Virus record (IMG/VR): IMGVR_UViG_3300043137_000366
Reading direction: 5' to 3' (one strand)
From: a virus
DNA: 58,860 bases
The position numbers were made by a program, and so were the translations under genes. Positions 32,142 through 41,931 of this stretch are shown piece after piece (position 1 is the stretch's first letter; every line of letters begins with the position of its first letter). Below the pieces are notes generated by a model, which saw only the letters and a program-made list of their open reading frames with translations, was not told the DNA's origin and made no database searches.

Positions 32142-33608
32142 ATGGCCGAAGACATCACACCCGTAATCACCGGGTCATCGCTCGCTGCGATGGCTCCCGG
32201 TGCCGTCCGTCAGCTCTGGGAAACCGGAGTCCACGTTGCCGAGCAGGAAGAGGACTTCTTCCAGCAGATGGAGACCACCTCCAAGACCGGCATCATCGTC
32301 GCCAAGTCCGATACCTCCAAGGGTAAGGGCCAGAAAATCACGTTCACCAACATGAGCGGGTTCTACGATGAACCCCACATCGGTGACGCCCGGTTCGATG
32401 GCCCCGAAGACTTCGAGGAAATCAACATCAGCTCCTACGACCTCGATGTCGACTGGCTCCGCCACGCCTACTCCAAGAATGACCGCGCCGAAGAGGTGAT
32501 GGGCATGCGCGGGGAAATCCTGAGCGGTGCCAACGTCGAGCTTGGGAAGTGGCTGGGCCGCCAGAAGTCCGAGCAGATGTTCGGTATCTTCAAGCTCCAG
32601 CTGAACTCCGCAAACGTGTTCTATGCTTCCGGCAAGACCCTCGACACCCTGACCAGCGCCGACACGCTGACCTGGGATGAGATCGTCACCGGCGGTCAGG
32701 CCATGAAGCCCCTCGGTGGACTTCCTGCCAACGTCTCGCGTGCCGGCGGCATGCCGATCTGGTCGCAGACCGTGATCCCGACTGAAGCGGCCCTCACGTC
32801 GCTGAAGCTCGATCCGGACTACAAGACCGTCCTCCAGAATGCCGGAGTCCGTGGCGAGCAGAACACTCTGTTCAACGGCGGCTACCCCGACATCGACGGC
32901 CACACGATCGTTCCCTACAACCCGATTGACCACGACGGCATCGGCTCGGTTGGCTCGTTCCTCAACCCCAAGGCCTTTCTTGGAGTCGCGGTCACGGCTG
33001 GCACGACCGCCATCGAGATCAAGGGTGGCGGCAACGCGACCGACGCGGCGAAGACCAAGAAGAAATACTTCAAGTTCTTCCCGAACTACGCCTACGAGTT
33101 CCTTGGCACCGGCGTCATCACCCCGTCCTCCGACACCCGCTACTTCCTGATCTACAACGTCAGTGGTGCGGATGCTGGCAAGGCTGGCATGTACTCCTAC
33201 ACCACCGGCAACGATGGCAACAAGATCACCATCGTCAACCGGCTTGGCTCGGCTGCCTCTGGCGCTCGCGTTACCACCCTTGGTGGCGTGACCTGGAACA
33301 CCGGCGTCTGGTCCGGCAAGCACACCGACGCTCACCCGATCGGTTCGCTCATCATTCCGTGCAACTCCCTCGGAGTGCCGATTGGTGACACCCTCATGCT
33401 CGGCCGCATGGCTGCATTCCGTGGATACGGCAAGTATCGCGGCATGCGCTCGCAGCAGGAGCTCGAAGGCGGATTCATCCAGCAGAACTACATCACCAGT
33501 GTGTTCGGCCAGAAGCTCCGTCAGGACCGTCTCGGACGCCACCCCGGCGTCATCCGCATCACGCATGCGATCAGCTACCCAGGCGTCAACCTCCCGGTTG
33601 TCTCCTAA
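32142..33608 (+). CDS. Major capsid protein, putative
   Basis: 488 aa. Follows the scaffold gene and is followed by a strong hairpin with a T-run. Confidence 0.65.
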   Translation: MAEDITPVITGSSLAAMAPGAVRQLWETGVHVAEQEEDFFQQMETTSKTGIIVAKSDTSKGKGQKITFTNMSGFYDEPHIGDARFDGPEDFEEINISSYDLDVDWLRHAYSKNDRAEEVMGMRGEILSGANVELGKWLGRQKSEQMFGIFKLQLNSANVFYASGKTLDTLTSADTLTWDEIVTGGQAMKPLGGLPANVSRAGGMPIWSQTVIPTEAALTSLKLDPDYKTVLQNAGVRGEQNTLFNGGYPDIDGHTIVPYNPIDHDGIGSVGSFLNPKAFLGVAVTAGTTAIEIKGGGNATDAAKTKKKYFKFFPNYAYEFLGTGVITPSSDTRYFLIYNVSGADAGKAGMYSYTTGNDGNKITIVNRLGSAASGARVTTLGGVTWNTGVWSGKHTDAHPIGSLIIPCNSLGVPIGDTLMLGRMAAFRGYGKYRGMRSQQELEGGFIQQNYITSVFGQKLRQDRLGRHPGVIRITHAISYPGVNLPVVS

Positions 33609-33614
33609 ACACCC

Positions 33615-33655
33615 GCCGCGCGGGGGTGAAAGCTCCCGCGCGGCCTCCCTTTTTT
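33615..33655 (+). terminator. Rho-independent terminator candidate
   Basis: 10-bp GC stem GCCGCGCGGG/CCCGCGCGGC with a 10-nt loop, followed by CTCCC and TTTTTT. Confidence 0.5.
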
Positions 33656-33657
33656 GA

Positions 33658-33912
33658 ATGAAGCCTCTCTTCATCATCTACCTCCAGACGAAGGCCCGTC
33701 GCGTCCCCAAGATCGGCGGATACATCTTCAACGAGCGCCATGGGAAATACCTATGGAAAGGCCGACCCCTCACCGCTGAGGAGTTCAACGCCGCTGCTGA
33801 GGAGGTCTTTGACCGGGAGCAACCGCACATCACCTACAAGCCGACTGTGCGAATTCTCCACGCCGAAAAGAAGGCTGAGGCCAAAACTGAACTTCAACTC
33901 GCCAGCTCATGA
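33658..33912 (+). CDS. Hypothetical protein
   Basis: 84-aa ORF with an ATG start. ATGA overlap with the next gene. Confidence 0.5.
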   Translation: MKPLFIIYLQTKARRVPKIGGYIFNERHGKYLWKGRPLTAEEFNAAAEEVFDREQPHITYKPTVRILHAEKKAEAKTELQLASS

Positions 33913-34721
33913 GCGCCCTTTCAAACGATCTCGAAAACAAGCTCCTCGACCACCTCGTCAAGGCGACGAGCTATTCCGTCCCGGCCACCCTCTACGTCGG
34001 GCTCTTCACTGCTGATCCAGGAGAAAGCGGCGTCACTGGCGAGCTTGCGCTTGGCACCGGTGCCTATGCTCGCGCGGCAGTGTCAAACAACAACATCAAC
34101 TTCCCGATCTGCCCGTTTGGATCTGCGCCGGTGAAAACCAACGGCGCGGTGATCCAGTTTCCGACGGCTACCACAAATTGGGGAACCATTACCCATTGGG
34201 CCATCTATGACGATGACGGCAGCCCGGCAGGCAACATGCTTGCTCATGGCGCGTTCTCTCGCTCCTACTCGGCAGTCATCGGCGATTCACCCAAGATCGC
34301 GGTCGGCGGGCTTGCACTCAACTTCACGAAATCAACGGCAGGCGGATTGACCGAGTATGCCCAACGGGCGCTGCTCGACATGGTGTTTGGCAACACCACC
34401 TTCACCTCGCCCGCGGCTGTCTATGTTGGCGTCGGCACCGCTCTGACCGTGGAAACGATCACCGAGTGGACCGAGTCCAGCTATTCGCGCCAAGCGATCG
34501 AGTTTGGATCCGCCTCCGGCGGAGTTTCGACCAACTCCAACTTGGAGACACTCACCGCAAGCGTCGCCGACGGAACGGCCACCCTTACGAATTTCGGCCT
34601 TTGGGATGACCCGTCCGCCGGAAATCTCCTTGTCGTCGGTCCAGTCTCGACTTCCCGCGTGGTGATCAATAGCGACACCGTCACCTTCCCTGCTTCTTCC
34701 CTCACTGTGGCCCTCCAGTAA
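33909..34721 (+). CDS. Virion structural protein with internal two-fold domain duplication, putative
   Basis: Both halves share the pattern LLD..(F/V)......P...YVG(L/V).T. Located in the structural module. Confidence 0.55.
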   Translation: MSALSNDLENKLLDHLVKATSYSVPATLYVGLFTADPGESGVTGELALGTGAYARAAVSNNNINFPICPFGSAPVKTNGAVIQFPTATTNWGTITHWAIYDDDGSPAGNMLAHGAFSRSYSAVIGDSPKIAVGGLALNFTKSTAGGLTEYAQRALLDMVFGNTTFTSPAAVYVGVGTALTVETITEWTESSYSRQAIEFGSASGGVSTNSNLETLTASVADGTATLTNFGLWDDPSAGNLLVVGPVSTSRVVINSDTVTFPASSLTVALQ

Positions 34722-34727
34722 CCGATC

Positions 34728-35765
34728 ATGGCAATCGAGCTCAACGCGGCCCCGCAGTCATTCCTTGTCTCGGAGGCGGATCTTTCAGGATTTGCGGTGA
34801 AGTTTTCCGCTTCGCCAGCATCCGCGTTGGTTGCATCTGCTGCCCTGATTGGAAAGACCGCCAAGCTCGCTGCCTATCCATCGTCATCGCTGGTGGCGAC
34901 CGTGACCTTGAGCGGAAAAACGGCTCAGTTGTCCGCCCGCCCAACCTCGGCCCTGATCGGCACGGTGACGCTCTCGGGGCGCACCGCGCGATTCGCCGCT
35001 AGCCCCGCCAGCGCCCTGCAAGCCAGCATGGCATTGAGCGGCATTGGCGCGGATCGCGGCATGTCTCTCTGCGACGTCGTCAACGAGGTGTTGCTGGTCT
35101 GGGGCGTCGAGGGGAAATGCTCCGCACCCAGCTTCGCCCTGGCCCGTGCCGTCAATGATGTCAACGGAGCCCTGCAAACGATCTGGAATCAGGCCAATGA
35201 TCGCAACTACTGGACAAGCTCCACCGTCACGGTCGTCTTTGCCGATGGCGAATCAGAGAAGGCCCTGGCCAACGACATCCAGAACGTCGTCGGCCCCTGT
35301 CGTCTCGCCTCCAACAATCGGGTGCTTACGACCGTCGGCACCATCGGCGAGATTGAGAACTTCGCCGACTTGTTCCTCGATGGCGCGATTGCCAGCGGTC
35401 CCGTCGGCTATCACATCAGCCGCGAGCGCCAGAGCGAAGATGATCCAGCGAAATGCACCCTCATCATCGCGCCGGCAGCATCCGGATCGACGAGCATCCT
35501 GTTGGAAGTCGTCAAGGAAGCACCGCGCTACACCGTCGCCGACCTCAACTCCTGCCCGCTGATCCCGATCCCGCACAAGTACGCGGAGTCACTTCTTCTG
35601 CCCGTTGCTCGCTACATGGCGACCTCGTTTTTCCTCTTCTCCAATCAGGAGGCCAAGGAGTCGATTGATGCCGAATACGCCATCGCTCGCAAGGCGCTCG
35701 GCACGGCTGATCCGCTGCCAGGCAAGGCTGGTGACAACCTCAACCGGAGGGAAGCACAATCATGA
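34728..35765 (+). CDS. Structural protein with four N-terminal 21-aa tandem repeats
   Basis: Repeats of the form LSGKTAQLSARPTSALIGTVT occur four times (nt 34782-35033). Confidence 0.55.
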   Translation: MAIELNAAPQSFLVSEADLSGFAVKFSASPASALVASAALIGKTAKLAAYPSSSLVATVTLSGKTAQLSARPTSALIGTVTLSGRTARFAASPASALQASMALSGIGADRGMSLCDVVNEVLLVWGVEGKCSAPSFALARAVNDVNGALQTIWNQANDRNYWTSSTVTVVFADGESEKALANDIQNVVGPCRLASNNRVLTTVGTIGEIENFADLFLDGAIASGPVGYHISRERQSEDDPAKCTLIIAPAASGSTSILLEVVKEAPRYTVADLNSCPLIPIPHKYAESLLLPVARYMATSFFLFSNQEAKESIDAEYAIARKALGTADPLPGKAGDNLNRREAQS

Positions 35766-36625
35766 AACCCTTCGCCCTCGCCAACCGGCTTTCCCGCGAC
35801 CTCAGCGAAAAGAGCCTGAGCGACCTTACTGCCGACGTCCTTCTTGAAATCGCCGACGCGATCAATGGGGCACTCCAGAAGATGGACGCCATCGCGCCGT
35901 TTCATTCAAAAACGACGACCGCTAGCATCGCACTCGATGCGCCCGTGACCGTCACCATCGGAGTGACCAACGGCAGCACGACGATCACCGGAGCGACATT
36001 CACGGAATCGCAGTTCGGCCGCACGATCCGTATTGGTGGCGACGACATCGACAACCAGGTCATCGGCACCACCGATCTACTTCATCCGTTCTCCGGCACC
36101 ACCGGCACCGTCTCTGCGGTCATCTACGGCGACGCGACTCCGCTGCCGGAGTCGTATGCGGGCATCACGTCCGATCCGATCGTGCTCGAGACTCGCCGAT
36201 TCCTTGGCCACCAGAAAATCCCGCGCACACCGACCCGCAAGAAGCTGGTCGATCAACCGCGGTTCTACTGGGTCGAGTCGAACGCCCGGAACCAAAACCC
36301 GAGCGCCCCGGCGATCGTGCGTGTCGATTCGCTGCCCGATCAGGTTTACCGACTGGAGTTCGAGGCGGAGATGGCACCCGTGCGCGTCACCATCGCTGAC
36401 TTCCACGCCCCCGGCGACGACCTCCCGGTTCGCGCCCAGCACATCGAGCTCTACCTGCTCCCGATTGCTCGCGGGCTCCTCACCACGTCGTCGCTGTGGC
36501 GCGACAAGGACACGAAGTCAAAGGCGTCCGCCGACGGCGAAACCGCTGAGATGAAATACGAGGCCCTTGTTCCGCGCCATCTCGCTACCCCTTCAAACCA
36601 AGTTCACACCCGCCCGGGATTCTAA
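35762..36625 (+). CDS. Structural protein, putative
   Basis: 287 aa with ATGA overlap, in the structural module. Confidence 0.5.
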   Translation: MKPFALANRLSRDLSEKSLSDLTADVLLEIADAINGALQKMDAIAPFHSKTTTASIALDAPVTVTIGVTNGSTTITGATFTESQFGRTIRIGGDDIDNQVIGTTDLLHPFSGTTGTVSAVIYGDATPLPESYAGITSDPIVLETRRFLGHQKIPRTPTRKKLVDQPRFYWVESNARNQNPSAPAIVRVDSLPDQVYRLEFEAEMAPVRVTIADFHAPGDDLPVRAQHIELYLLPIARGLLTTSSLWRDKDTKSKASADGETAEMKYEALVPRHLATPSNQVHTRPGF

Positions 36626-36628
36626 GCC

Positions 36629-37015
36629 ATGGCCATCACCAACATCGTCAATCTTGAGGAAATTGAAACGTGCGTCGCGCGCGCGCTTCAGGGGCTTCGT
36701 GACGGCGTAGCTGCTGCCCGCAAGGCTGGAGTGAGCGCGATGATGCCCGACGAAGTGGAGTTCCGCATGACCGTCATCAAGGACTGGCAGAAACTCGAAA
36801 TCGTCACCAACGAAAGCGGCTCGAACAACGAGACCCAAGGCGGAAGCACGACCGAGACCACCACCGAGAAAGAGTCCCGCAAAGGCACCGAGAAGTCGGT
36901 CCGCGACGAGACGTCCGATACGAACGACACCGACAGCAAGACCGGCACCGACGAGACCTCGACGCTCGGAAGAAACACTCACAATGGGAAGAAAACCCAA
37001 AAGACCGACAGCTAA
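36629..37015 (+). CDS. Hypothetical protein with T/S/E/K-rich disordered C-terminal half
   Basis: 128-aa ORF with low-complexity composition. Confidence 0.5.
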   Translation: MAITNIVNLEEIETCVARALQGLRDGVAAARKAGVSAMMPDEVEFRMTVIKDWQKLEIVTNESGSNNETQGGSTTETTTEKESRKGTEKSVRDETSDTNDTDSKTGTDETSTLGRNTHNGKKTQKTDS

Positions 37016-37317
37016 TGGCTAGACTCTCCATCTCCCAGGTCGAGACAGACCAGTTCGATCAGGTCCAAAGTGAGGACCGGAAATCGACCAGCAAGTCCGA
37101 AGGAAAGTCGGCCCGCAAGGGCGTTTCCAAGGCTGTTTCCGATTCGTCGAGCGATAGCGTTGGCGACTCAAGCCGTGTGTCGACCAGCCAGCGGAACCTT
37201 AGCGGCGGATCAAGCACTGTGCGGAAGTCGTCCGAGCTGGCGAACATTGGTTTTGAAATGTCCTTCACGGTGAAGATCGACACCAAGTATCCAACCAAAC
37301 CCGGAGCCTCCTGCTGA
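37015..37317 (+). CDS. Hypothetical Ser-rich protein
   Basis: 100 aa. TAATG overlap at the start and ATGA-type overlap at the end. Confidence 0.45.
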   Translation: MARLSISQVETDQFDQVQSEDRKSTSKSEGKSARKGVSKAVSDSSSDSVGDSSRVSTSQRNLSGGSSTVRKSSELANIGFEMSFTVKIDTKYPTKPGASC

Positions 37318-37952
37318 TGAGCCTTAGAAATCGCATCACTGAATTTGTCCGCAACGTCGCATTTTCTGGCGTCCAGTTTGCCACGTCGGCGCGTCTGCTT
37401 GGTCGGGCATCGAGCGGTGCCGGGGACGGGCAAGAGATTTCGCTTGGGACCGGGCTTGGCTTCACGGGCATGACGTTGAATGTCACGTTGGTGGCGGGGG
37501 CGGATTACCTGACTCCTGGAGGAGCGGCGGCGGCGTATCAGCCACTTGATTCTGATCTAACGGCAATTGCTGCACTTTCAACCACCACCTACGGACGCAG
37601 CTTTCTTACGCTTGCGGATGAATCGGCAGCCAGGGATTTTTTGAAGATACTTTCGATTCCGACCGCTCCTGTATCTGGGTTTGGTGGAGTGAGTTTCAAC
37701 GCCACGGCCGTGGCCTACCACACATTGACGGGAAATAGCACCGTTACGTTTACAGACCTCGCTCCGGGCAAGGTTGTAGAGGTCTTGATCACAGAGCCTA
37801 ACGGCTCGGGCTGGGGCATCAACTGGCCAGCAGGCGTTACATGGCTGCCTGGAGCGCCCGGGAACCCGACCCCCCTTGCGCCAAAGTATCTTCGACTGAT
37901 CTCCACAACGAGTTCGGCCAGTGGAGTGATTGGCCTTGTCCTTAGTAACTGA
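37317..37952 (+). CDS. Tail fibre protein, putative
   Basis: YQPLDSDLTAIAALSTTTYGRSFLTL resembles the conserved L..L(A/T)ALA...G motif of phage tail fibres. Confidence 0.5.
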   Translation: MSLRNRITEFVRNVAFSGVQFATSARLLGRASSGAGDGQEISLGTGLGFTGMTLNVTLVAGADYLTPGGAAAAYQPLDSDLTAIAALSTTTYGRSFLTLADESAARDFLKILSIPTAPVSGFGGVSFNATAVAYHTLTGNSTVTFTDLAPGKVVEVLITEPNGSGWGINWPAGVTWLPGAPGNPTPLAPKYLRLISTTSSASGVIGLVLSN

Positions 37953-37988
37953 ACGGCATCTGCCTAACCATATTCCAGACCCACCCTC

Positions 37989-38228
37989 ATGACCCCGCAA
38001 TTCACCAAAGACCAACTCGGAAACAAGGGATTCGACACGATCTCCGACACCACCGCCCGCACGAACCTTAACTACCGCGTGATCCAGATCGTCAGTGACG
38101 CCGTGTTCACCACGCTCGCCAGTGCGACCGGATTCTCAGGAATCACCTACCCCGCTGGTATGATCCTGCGCGGAAACTTCACCAGCATCACCCTCGCCTC
38201 CGGCACCATCAACTGCTACGCGGAATGA
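37989..38228 (+). CDS. Hypothetical protein
   Basis: 79-aa ORF with ATGA overlap to the next gene. Confidence 0.45.
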   Translation: MTPQFTKDQLGNKGFDTISDTTARTNLNYRVIQIVSDAVFTTLASATGFSGITYPAGMILRGNFTSITLASGTINCYAE

Positions 38229-40132
38229 ATCTTGGACTTGGCATCGGGTTGACGAATCCTTCTTTGCTTGGAGGGGCTGCATGGCCATTTCCGAGCATCC
38301 TCCCAGACGTTTGGATCAATCCGCAGGACCGGTCGAGTTTGTCGACCGCAACATCAGGAGGAACAAAGCCTGCCTATGGCGTCTCAGTAGCCTTGGCGAG
38401 GGACAAGAGTGGCAATGATCGAAACGCCACCCAATCCACAGCGTCCGCCCGCCCAGTCCTCCGGGGAAAAGCCATTCTCGGCCGCGATGCGTTGGAGTTC
38501 AACATCAACACCGACATCATGGCGTTCCCGAGCGTGACCGGGAAAACCTTCGTCACGATCATGATGGCCGGATCCTTCGGGCGGGTCGACGGTGACCAGG
38601 GAGAACTTGTGTCAATCAACGGCTCCGGCGGATTCATGGTAGGAGTAAACAACTCCCGCAGCCGAACAGGCCGAAGCTTGGTCGCATGGGACGCAACAGC
38701 TAACAGCCCGACTTTCACCCGTGACCAAATGGTGGTCTTAACAGCGACCGCCTCCGCCTCTGGTCAATCGATCGCCACGGGCAGCGGCACCGCGGCCACG
38801 ACCGGCACCGTACCCACGTTCAACGGCATCCTAGAAATCGGATACCAGGGGGCTCTCAATAATGTCGCGCCGTGGAACATGGTGGAACTGGCAATCTTCT
38901 ATCGTGCCCTCACCACAGAAGAGAAAACCACCATCCGCAACTACCTCGCCCGCACCAAAACAGCGGAGACCGTAACCAGCTATTTGAAGAGCACCACGGA
39001 CCGGGTGATCCGCACCGCGAAAACCACCTTCACAGCGGGCAGTCTTGCTGGCCAACTGATGATGCGGCCAGGAACCAGCTATCCACAGGAGTTTCTCCGG
39101 GATTCGGCCATGGCAATGCGGTCTCGTCCGGAAATGTTTACCGCCAGTGAAATGGCGGACCGCGTCACATGGTTTCTAGCCAAGCGAATTGACGGGATCA
39201 TGCCTGAAGGGATTCAGGTTTCAGACAGCCAAGGCATCGTCGCAGGAGGCGCGATCATGACCACCCTGAACAAAGGGCTCGCCGCCGCTGACAGTCCCTA
39301 CGAGCTGGTTGACATTATTTATTCCCACTACCTAAAGACAGGCTCCCCCTCGCTCTACGTTGCGACCAAGAGCGACACTGATGCCGTGCTGGCATCCGTT
39401 ACCATCACGAATCACCTAGTATTCATCGCGGACAATGTCACTCCGTCTGCCATCCAGCCAGGCTTTGGATTTCAAGACTCAATCGCGTCCAGTGGCTACG
39501 AACTTATGTGTTCAGTTCTACGATACAGGGCACACTCCCAGCTTGCAGCCCTCGCCATCGCCGCCGGGGATTCTGCATCTGCCACCACCTACGCTGCTGC
39601 CCTGCCACTGATCCAAACGTCTCTTGATACCTACCTCTGGGACAATAGCACCGGCCTTTATAAAAATGCCAGTATCCGGAACCAGCAACACGCCATCGCC
39701 GGAAATCTATATGCAGTCGTCACGGGTGCAGCCGGATCACGGGCCGCAACCATCATGGCGCTACTTGCTGCCGACTACACCGGCGCGCCGTTTACGCTCA
39801 ACGGTGCCGTCCGGCATCTCCGCGCAGGAGTCTACTGGTCGGATTTCCGCTTTTTCCCTGGCTATGCGGACTACTACCAAAACGGCCCTTTCTGGGCCAC
39901 GTTCACCGGATGGCTCGAAAAGGCCTTCCGCCTCACTGGCTACACCAGCCTTGCGGAAGACGTCCGCACAAAAATCAAGACGTTCCAAACAGGCACCAGC
40001 GATGCAAATTTCCCAATAGAGGCCTATCACCCAGCATCCAGCTATCTGAGCGGAGCTCCCTATAATGGATCGGTCAATTACGTGGCATCCATTTGCATGC
40101 CGCTTGTAGGAAACAACTCAGAACTCCGATAA
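38225..40132 (+). CDS. Tailspike or receptor-binding protein with possible glycosidase domain
   Basis: 635 aa. The N-terminus (DKSGNDRNATQSTASARPVL) matches the concanavalin/LamG-like pattern common in tail proteins. GC is lower than the flanks by eye. Confidence 0.5.
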   Translation: MNLGLGIGLTNPSLLGGAAWPFPSILPDVWINPQDRSSLSTATSGGTKPAYGVSVALARDKSGNDRNATQSTASARPVLRGKAILGRDALEFNINTDIMAFPSVTGKTFVTIMMAGSFGRVDGDQGELVSINGSGGFMVGVNNSRSRTGRSLVAWDATANSPTFTRDQMVVLTATASASGQSIATGSGTAATTGTVPTFNGILEIGYQGALNNVAPWNMVELAIFYRALTTEEKTTIRNYLARTKTAETVTSYLKSTTDRVIRTAKTTFTAGSLAGQLMMRPGTSYPQEFLRDSAMAMRSRPEMFTASEMADRVTWFLAKRIDGIMPEGIQVSDSQGIVAGGAIMTTLNKGLAAADSPYELVDIIYSHYLKTGSPSLYVATKSDTDAVLASVTITNHLVFIADNVTPSAIQPGFGFQDSIASSGYELMCSVLRYRAHSQLAALAIAAGDSASATTYAAALPLIQTSLDTYLWDNSTGLYKNASIRNQQHAIAGNLYAVVTGAAGSRAATIMALLAADYTGAPFTLNGAVRHLRAGVYWSDFRFFPGYADYYQNGPFWATFTGWLEKAFRLTGYTSLAEDVRTKIKTFQTGTSDANFPIEAYHPASSYLSGAPYNGSVNYVASICMPLVGNNSELR

Positions 40133-40133
40133 A

Positions 40134-40712
40134 ATGAGAGCCATCGCCACCCACCAAGGATACACCGAAGGCCTGGAGCATAGCTCTGGGACTGAGCGGC
40201 TGTTCCGTGAGGTGGTTCGGAAATTTGCCAGCCCTGAGATGCTGTGTTTAGATCCTCGACAGTGGGATTCCGACCCGAAGTCAGTTGTCGGCTATCTCGC
40301 TCGCTCCAAAGTGACTGAGGTGGCATCCATCGGTTATTCCTACGGCGGTGGCTATGCCGCACAGCGGTTCGCTCGCGAGTGCATGAAACAAGGCATCACG
40401 ATCAAGCTGATGCTCCTTTGCGATCCAGTCTATCGCCCGCTCTGGCTCCCGCCATGGCATATCCTCCAGCCCTTCGCGATCCGGTCGCTGATGCCGAAGG
40501 CCGCGACGATCGACATCCCACGCTCGGTCGAAGAAGTCCATTGGGCCCGGCAGCGGCTCAGTCTGCCGATGGCGCACGACCTCCGCAACGAGTGGTCGCA
40601 GACGGTGATTCATCCGCCACAGGTTCTGCCCTACGGCCACACGGCCATCGACGAAAGCCCGGAATGGTTCCGCCTCGTTCGGGAAAAACTCACCAAGTTT
40701 GCCTCATCATGA
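40134..40712 (+). CDS. Alpha/beta-hydrolase-like protein (GYSYGG nucleophile elbow)
   Basis: GxSxG motif with downstream D (LLCDPV) and H (YGHTAID) as triad candidates. ATGA overlap with the amidase gene. Confidence 0.5.
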   Translation: MRAIATHQGYTEGLEHSSGTERLFREVVRKFASPEMLCLDPRQWDSDPKSVVGYLARSKVTEVASIGYSYGGGYAAQRFARECMKQGITIKLMLLCDPVYRPLWLPPWHILQPFAIRSLMPKAATIDIPRSVEEVHWARQRLSLPMAHDLRNEWSQTVIHPPQVLPYGHTAIDESPEWFRLVREKLTKFASS

Positions 40713-41290
40713 ACATCACCCCCGACCATTGGCTCGATACAGCCAAGCGAGTTCCCCTCGAAGGCGGCAGCCCGATGGGAACCCGCCGATTCCTCGTGAT
40801 TCACTTCACCTCTGGTGCGACAGGACTCTCGAGCATCAACTTCTGGAAGACTCCGGAGGCCAAAGGCGCATCCGCTCACATTGTGATCGACCGTGACGGC
40901 ACCGTTTACCAGTGCCGACCATTTAACCGGACCTGCGGCCATGCCGGGAAATCCTCGTGGAAAGGCTTCTCTGGCCTGAACTCCTGCTCGATCGGCATCG
41001 AACTTGCCAACGCCGGGGACAACCCGACTCTCGCTCGCAAGTGGTCCAAGCTGCCATTGGTGAAGGCGCGGCACAAAAACGGCGGGCCGGAGAAGGAGTG
41101 GGAAGCCTACACACCCGAGCAAATCGCCGCATGCGAAGCGGTGAGCAAGGCGCTCGTTGCCCGCTACAATCTGGACGACGTCGTTGGTCACGATGACATC
41201 GCGCCATCGAGGAAGGTTGATCCCGGCCCAGCATTCCCCATGGAAACACTCCGCGAGGCCTGCGGATTCAAGGGAATGCCCAATCAATGA
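40709..41290 (+). CDS. N-acetylmuramoyl-L-alanine amidase (Amidase_2/PGRP-type endolysin)
   Basis: VIHFTSG...ASAHIVIDRDGTVYQC...CGHAG...HDDIAPSRKVDPGPAFP is the typical T7-lysozyme-like pattern. Confidence 0.85.
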   Translation: MNITPDHWLDTAKRVPLEGGSPMGTRRFLVIHFTSGATGLSSINFWKTPEAKGASAHIVIDRDGTVYQCRPFNRTCGHAGKSSWKGFSGLNSCSIGIELANAGDNPTLARKWSKLPLVKARHKNGGPEKEWEAYTPEQIAACEAVSKALVARYNLDDVVGHDDIAPSRKVDPGPAFPMETLREACGFKGMPNQ

Positions 41291-41931
41291 CCCCGGATCA
41301 CTGGATTTCATTGGCCAAGGTTTTCGGGGGTGCCCTCGGGGCGATCATCACCGCCGGGATTCCCGGCTTGATGTACCTCTCAAAGATCCGGCGCGAGGAC
41401 ATGGCCAAGCTCGAAGCCGATGCCGCACGTCGCCGTGATGACCTGATGAATCACGTCACGAAGGAATGCTTCCGCCTGATCAGGGCCAGCATGGAACAGG
41501 CTGCTGAGGAGGCAGGAGTCCTTGAAACTTACGTGATCCGACTGATGTTTGCGACCGGCTTCTCGGTTTCAGCACCACTCGTTCGCCGACAAGTCATGGT
41601 GGACACCTCCGGGGCGTCCATTGCCCTAATGCAGTCCGATGATCAAAAGACGAGATACCAACTCACGGCTCCAGCGCCTTACGAGATCCAGACGCACAGC
41701 CACCCGGAGGCGGAAGAGGTGACTGTCGTTTACGGAATGATGGAAGACCTCGACAGCGGAAAAGTTTACTACCCTGGCGATATTTGGACGATTCCGCCAA
41801 ACACCGCGCACCGGGTTCTCTTCTACTCAGGCACGACGGTCTGCATCGAGGTCCGTCCGCCGCTGCCGCTCCTTCGCGACGTTCCTCTCGATCTTGAGCA
41901 TCTCCACCTCATCGGTGGCGGCAGACCCTAA
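41287..41931 (+). CDS. Membrane-anchored cupin-domain protein
   Basis: N-terminal TM segment WISLAKVFGGALGAIITAGIPGLMYL. Cupin motifs HSHPEAEEVTVVYG and PGDIWTIPPNTAHRV. Confidence 0.6.
   Translation: MTPDHWISLAKVFGGALGAIITAGIPGLMYLSKIRREDMAKLEADAARRRDDLMNHVTKECFRLIRASMEQAAEEAGVLETYVIRLMFATGFSVSAPLVRRQVMVDTSGASIALMQSDDQKTRYQLTAPAPYEIQTHSHPEAEEVTVVYGMMEDLDSGKVYYPGDIWTIPPNTAHRVLFYSGTTVCIEVRPPLPLLRDVPLDLEHLHLIGGGRP

Noticed and set aside
32175-33677. 500-aa minus-strand ORF opposite the capsid gene
   Set aside because: It is a shadow ORF of a GC-rich gene. The plus frame fits the portal-scaffold-capsid order and is followed by a terminator on the + strand.
34782-35033. Tandem 63-nt repeats as a CRISPR-like or satellite array
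   Set aside because: The repeats are in-frame coding repeats with no spacer architecture. No CRISPR array was seen anywhere in the window.
41928-41931. Overlapping stop codons of convergent genes as a special element
   Set aside because: It is simply tight packing. No hairpin or terminator is visible, and the observation alone has no clear functional implication.
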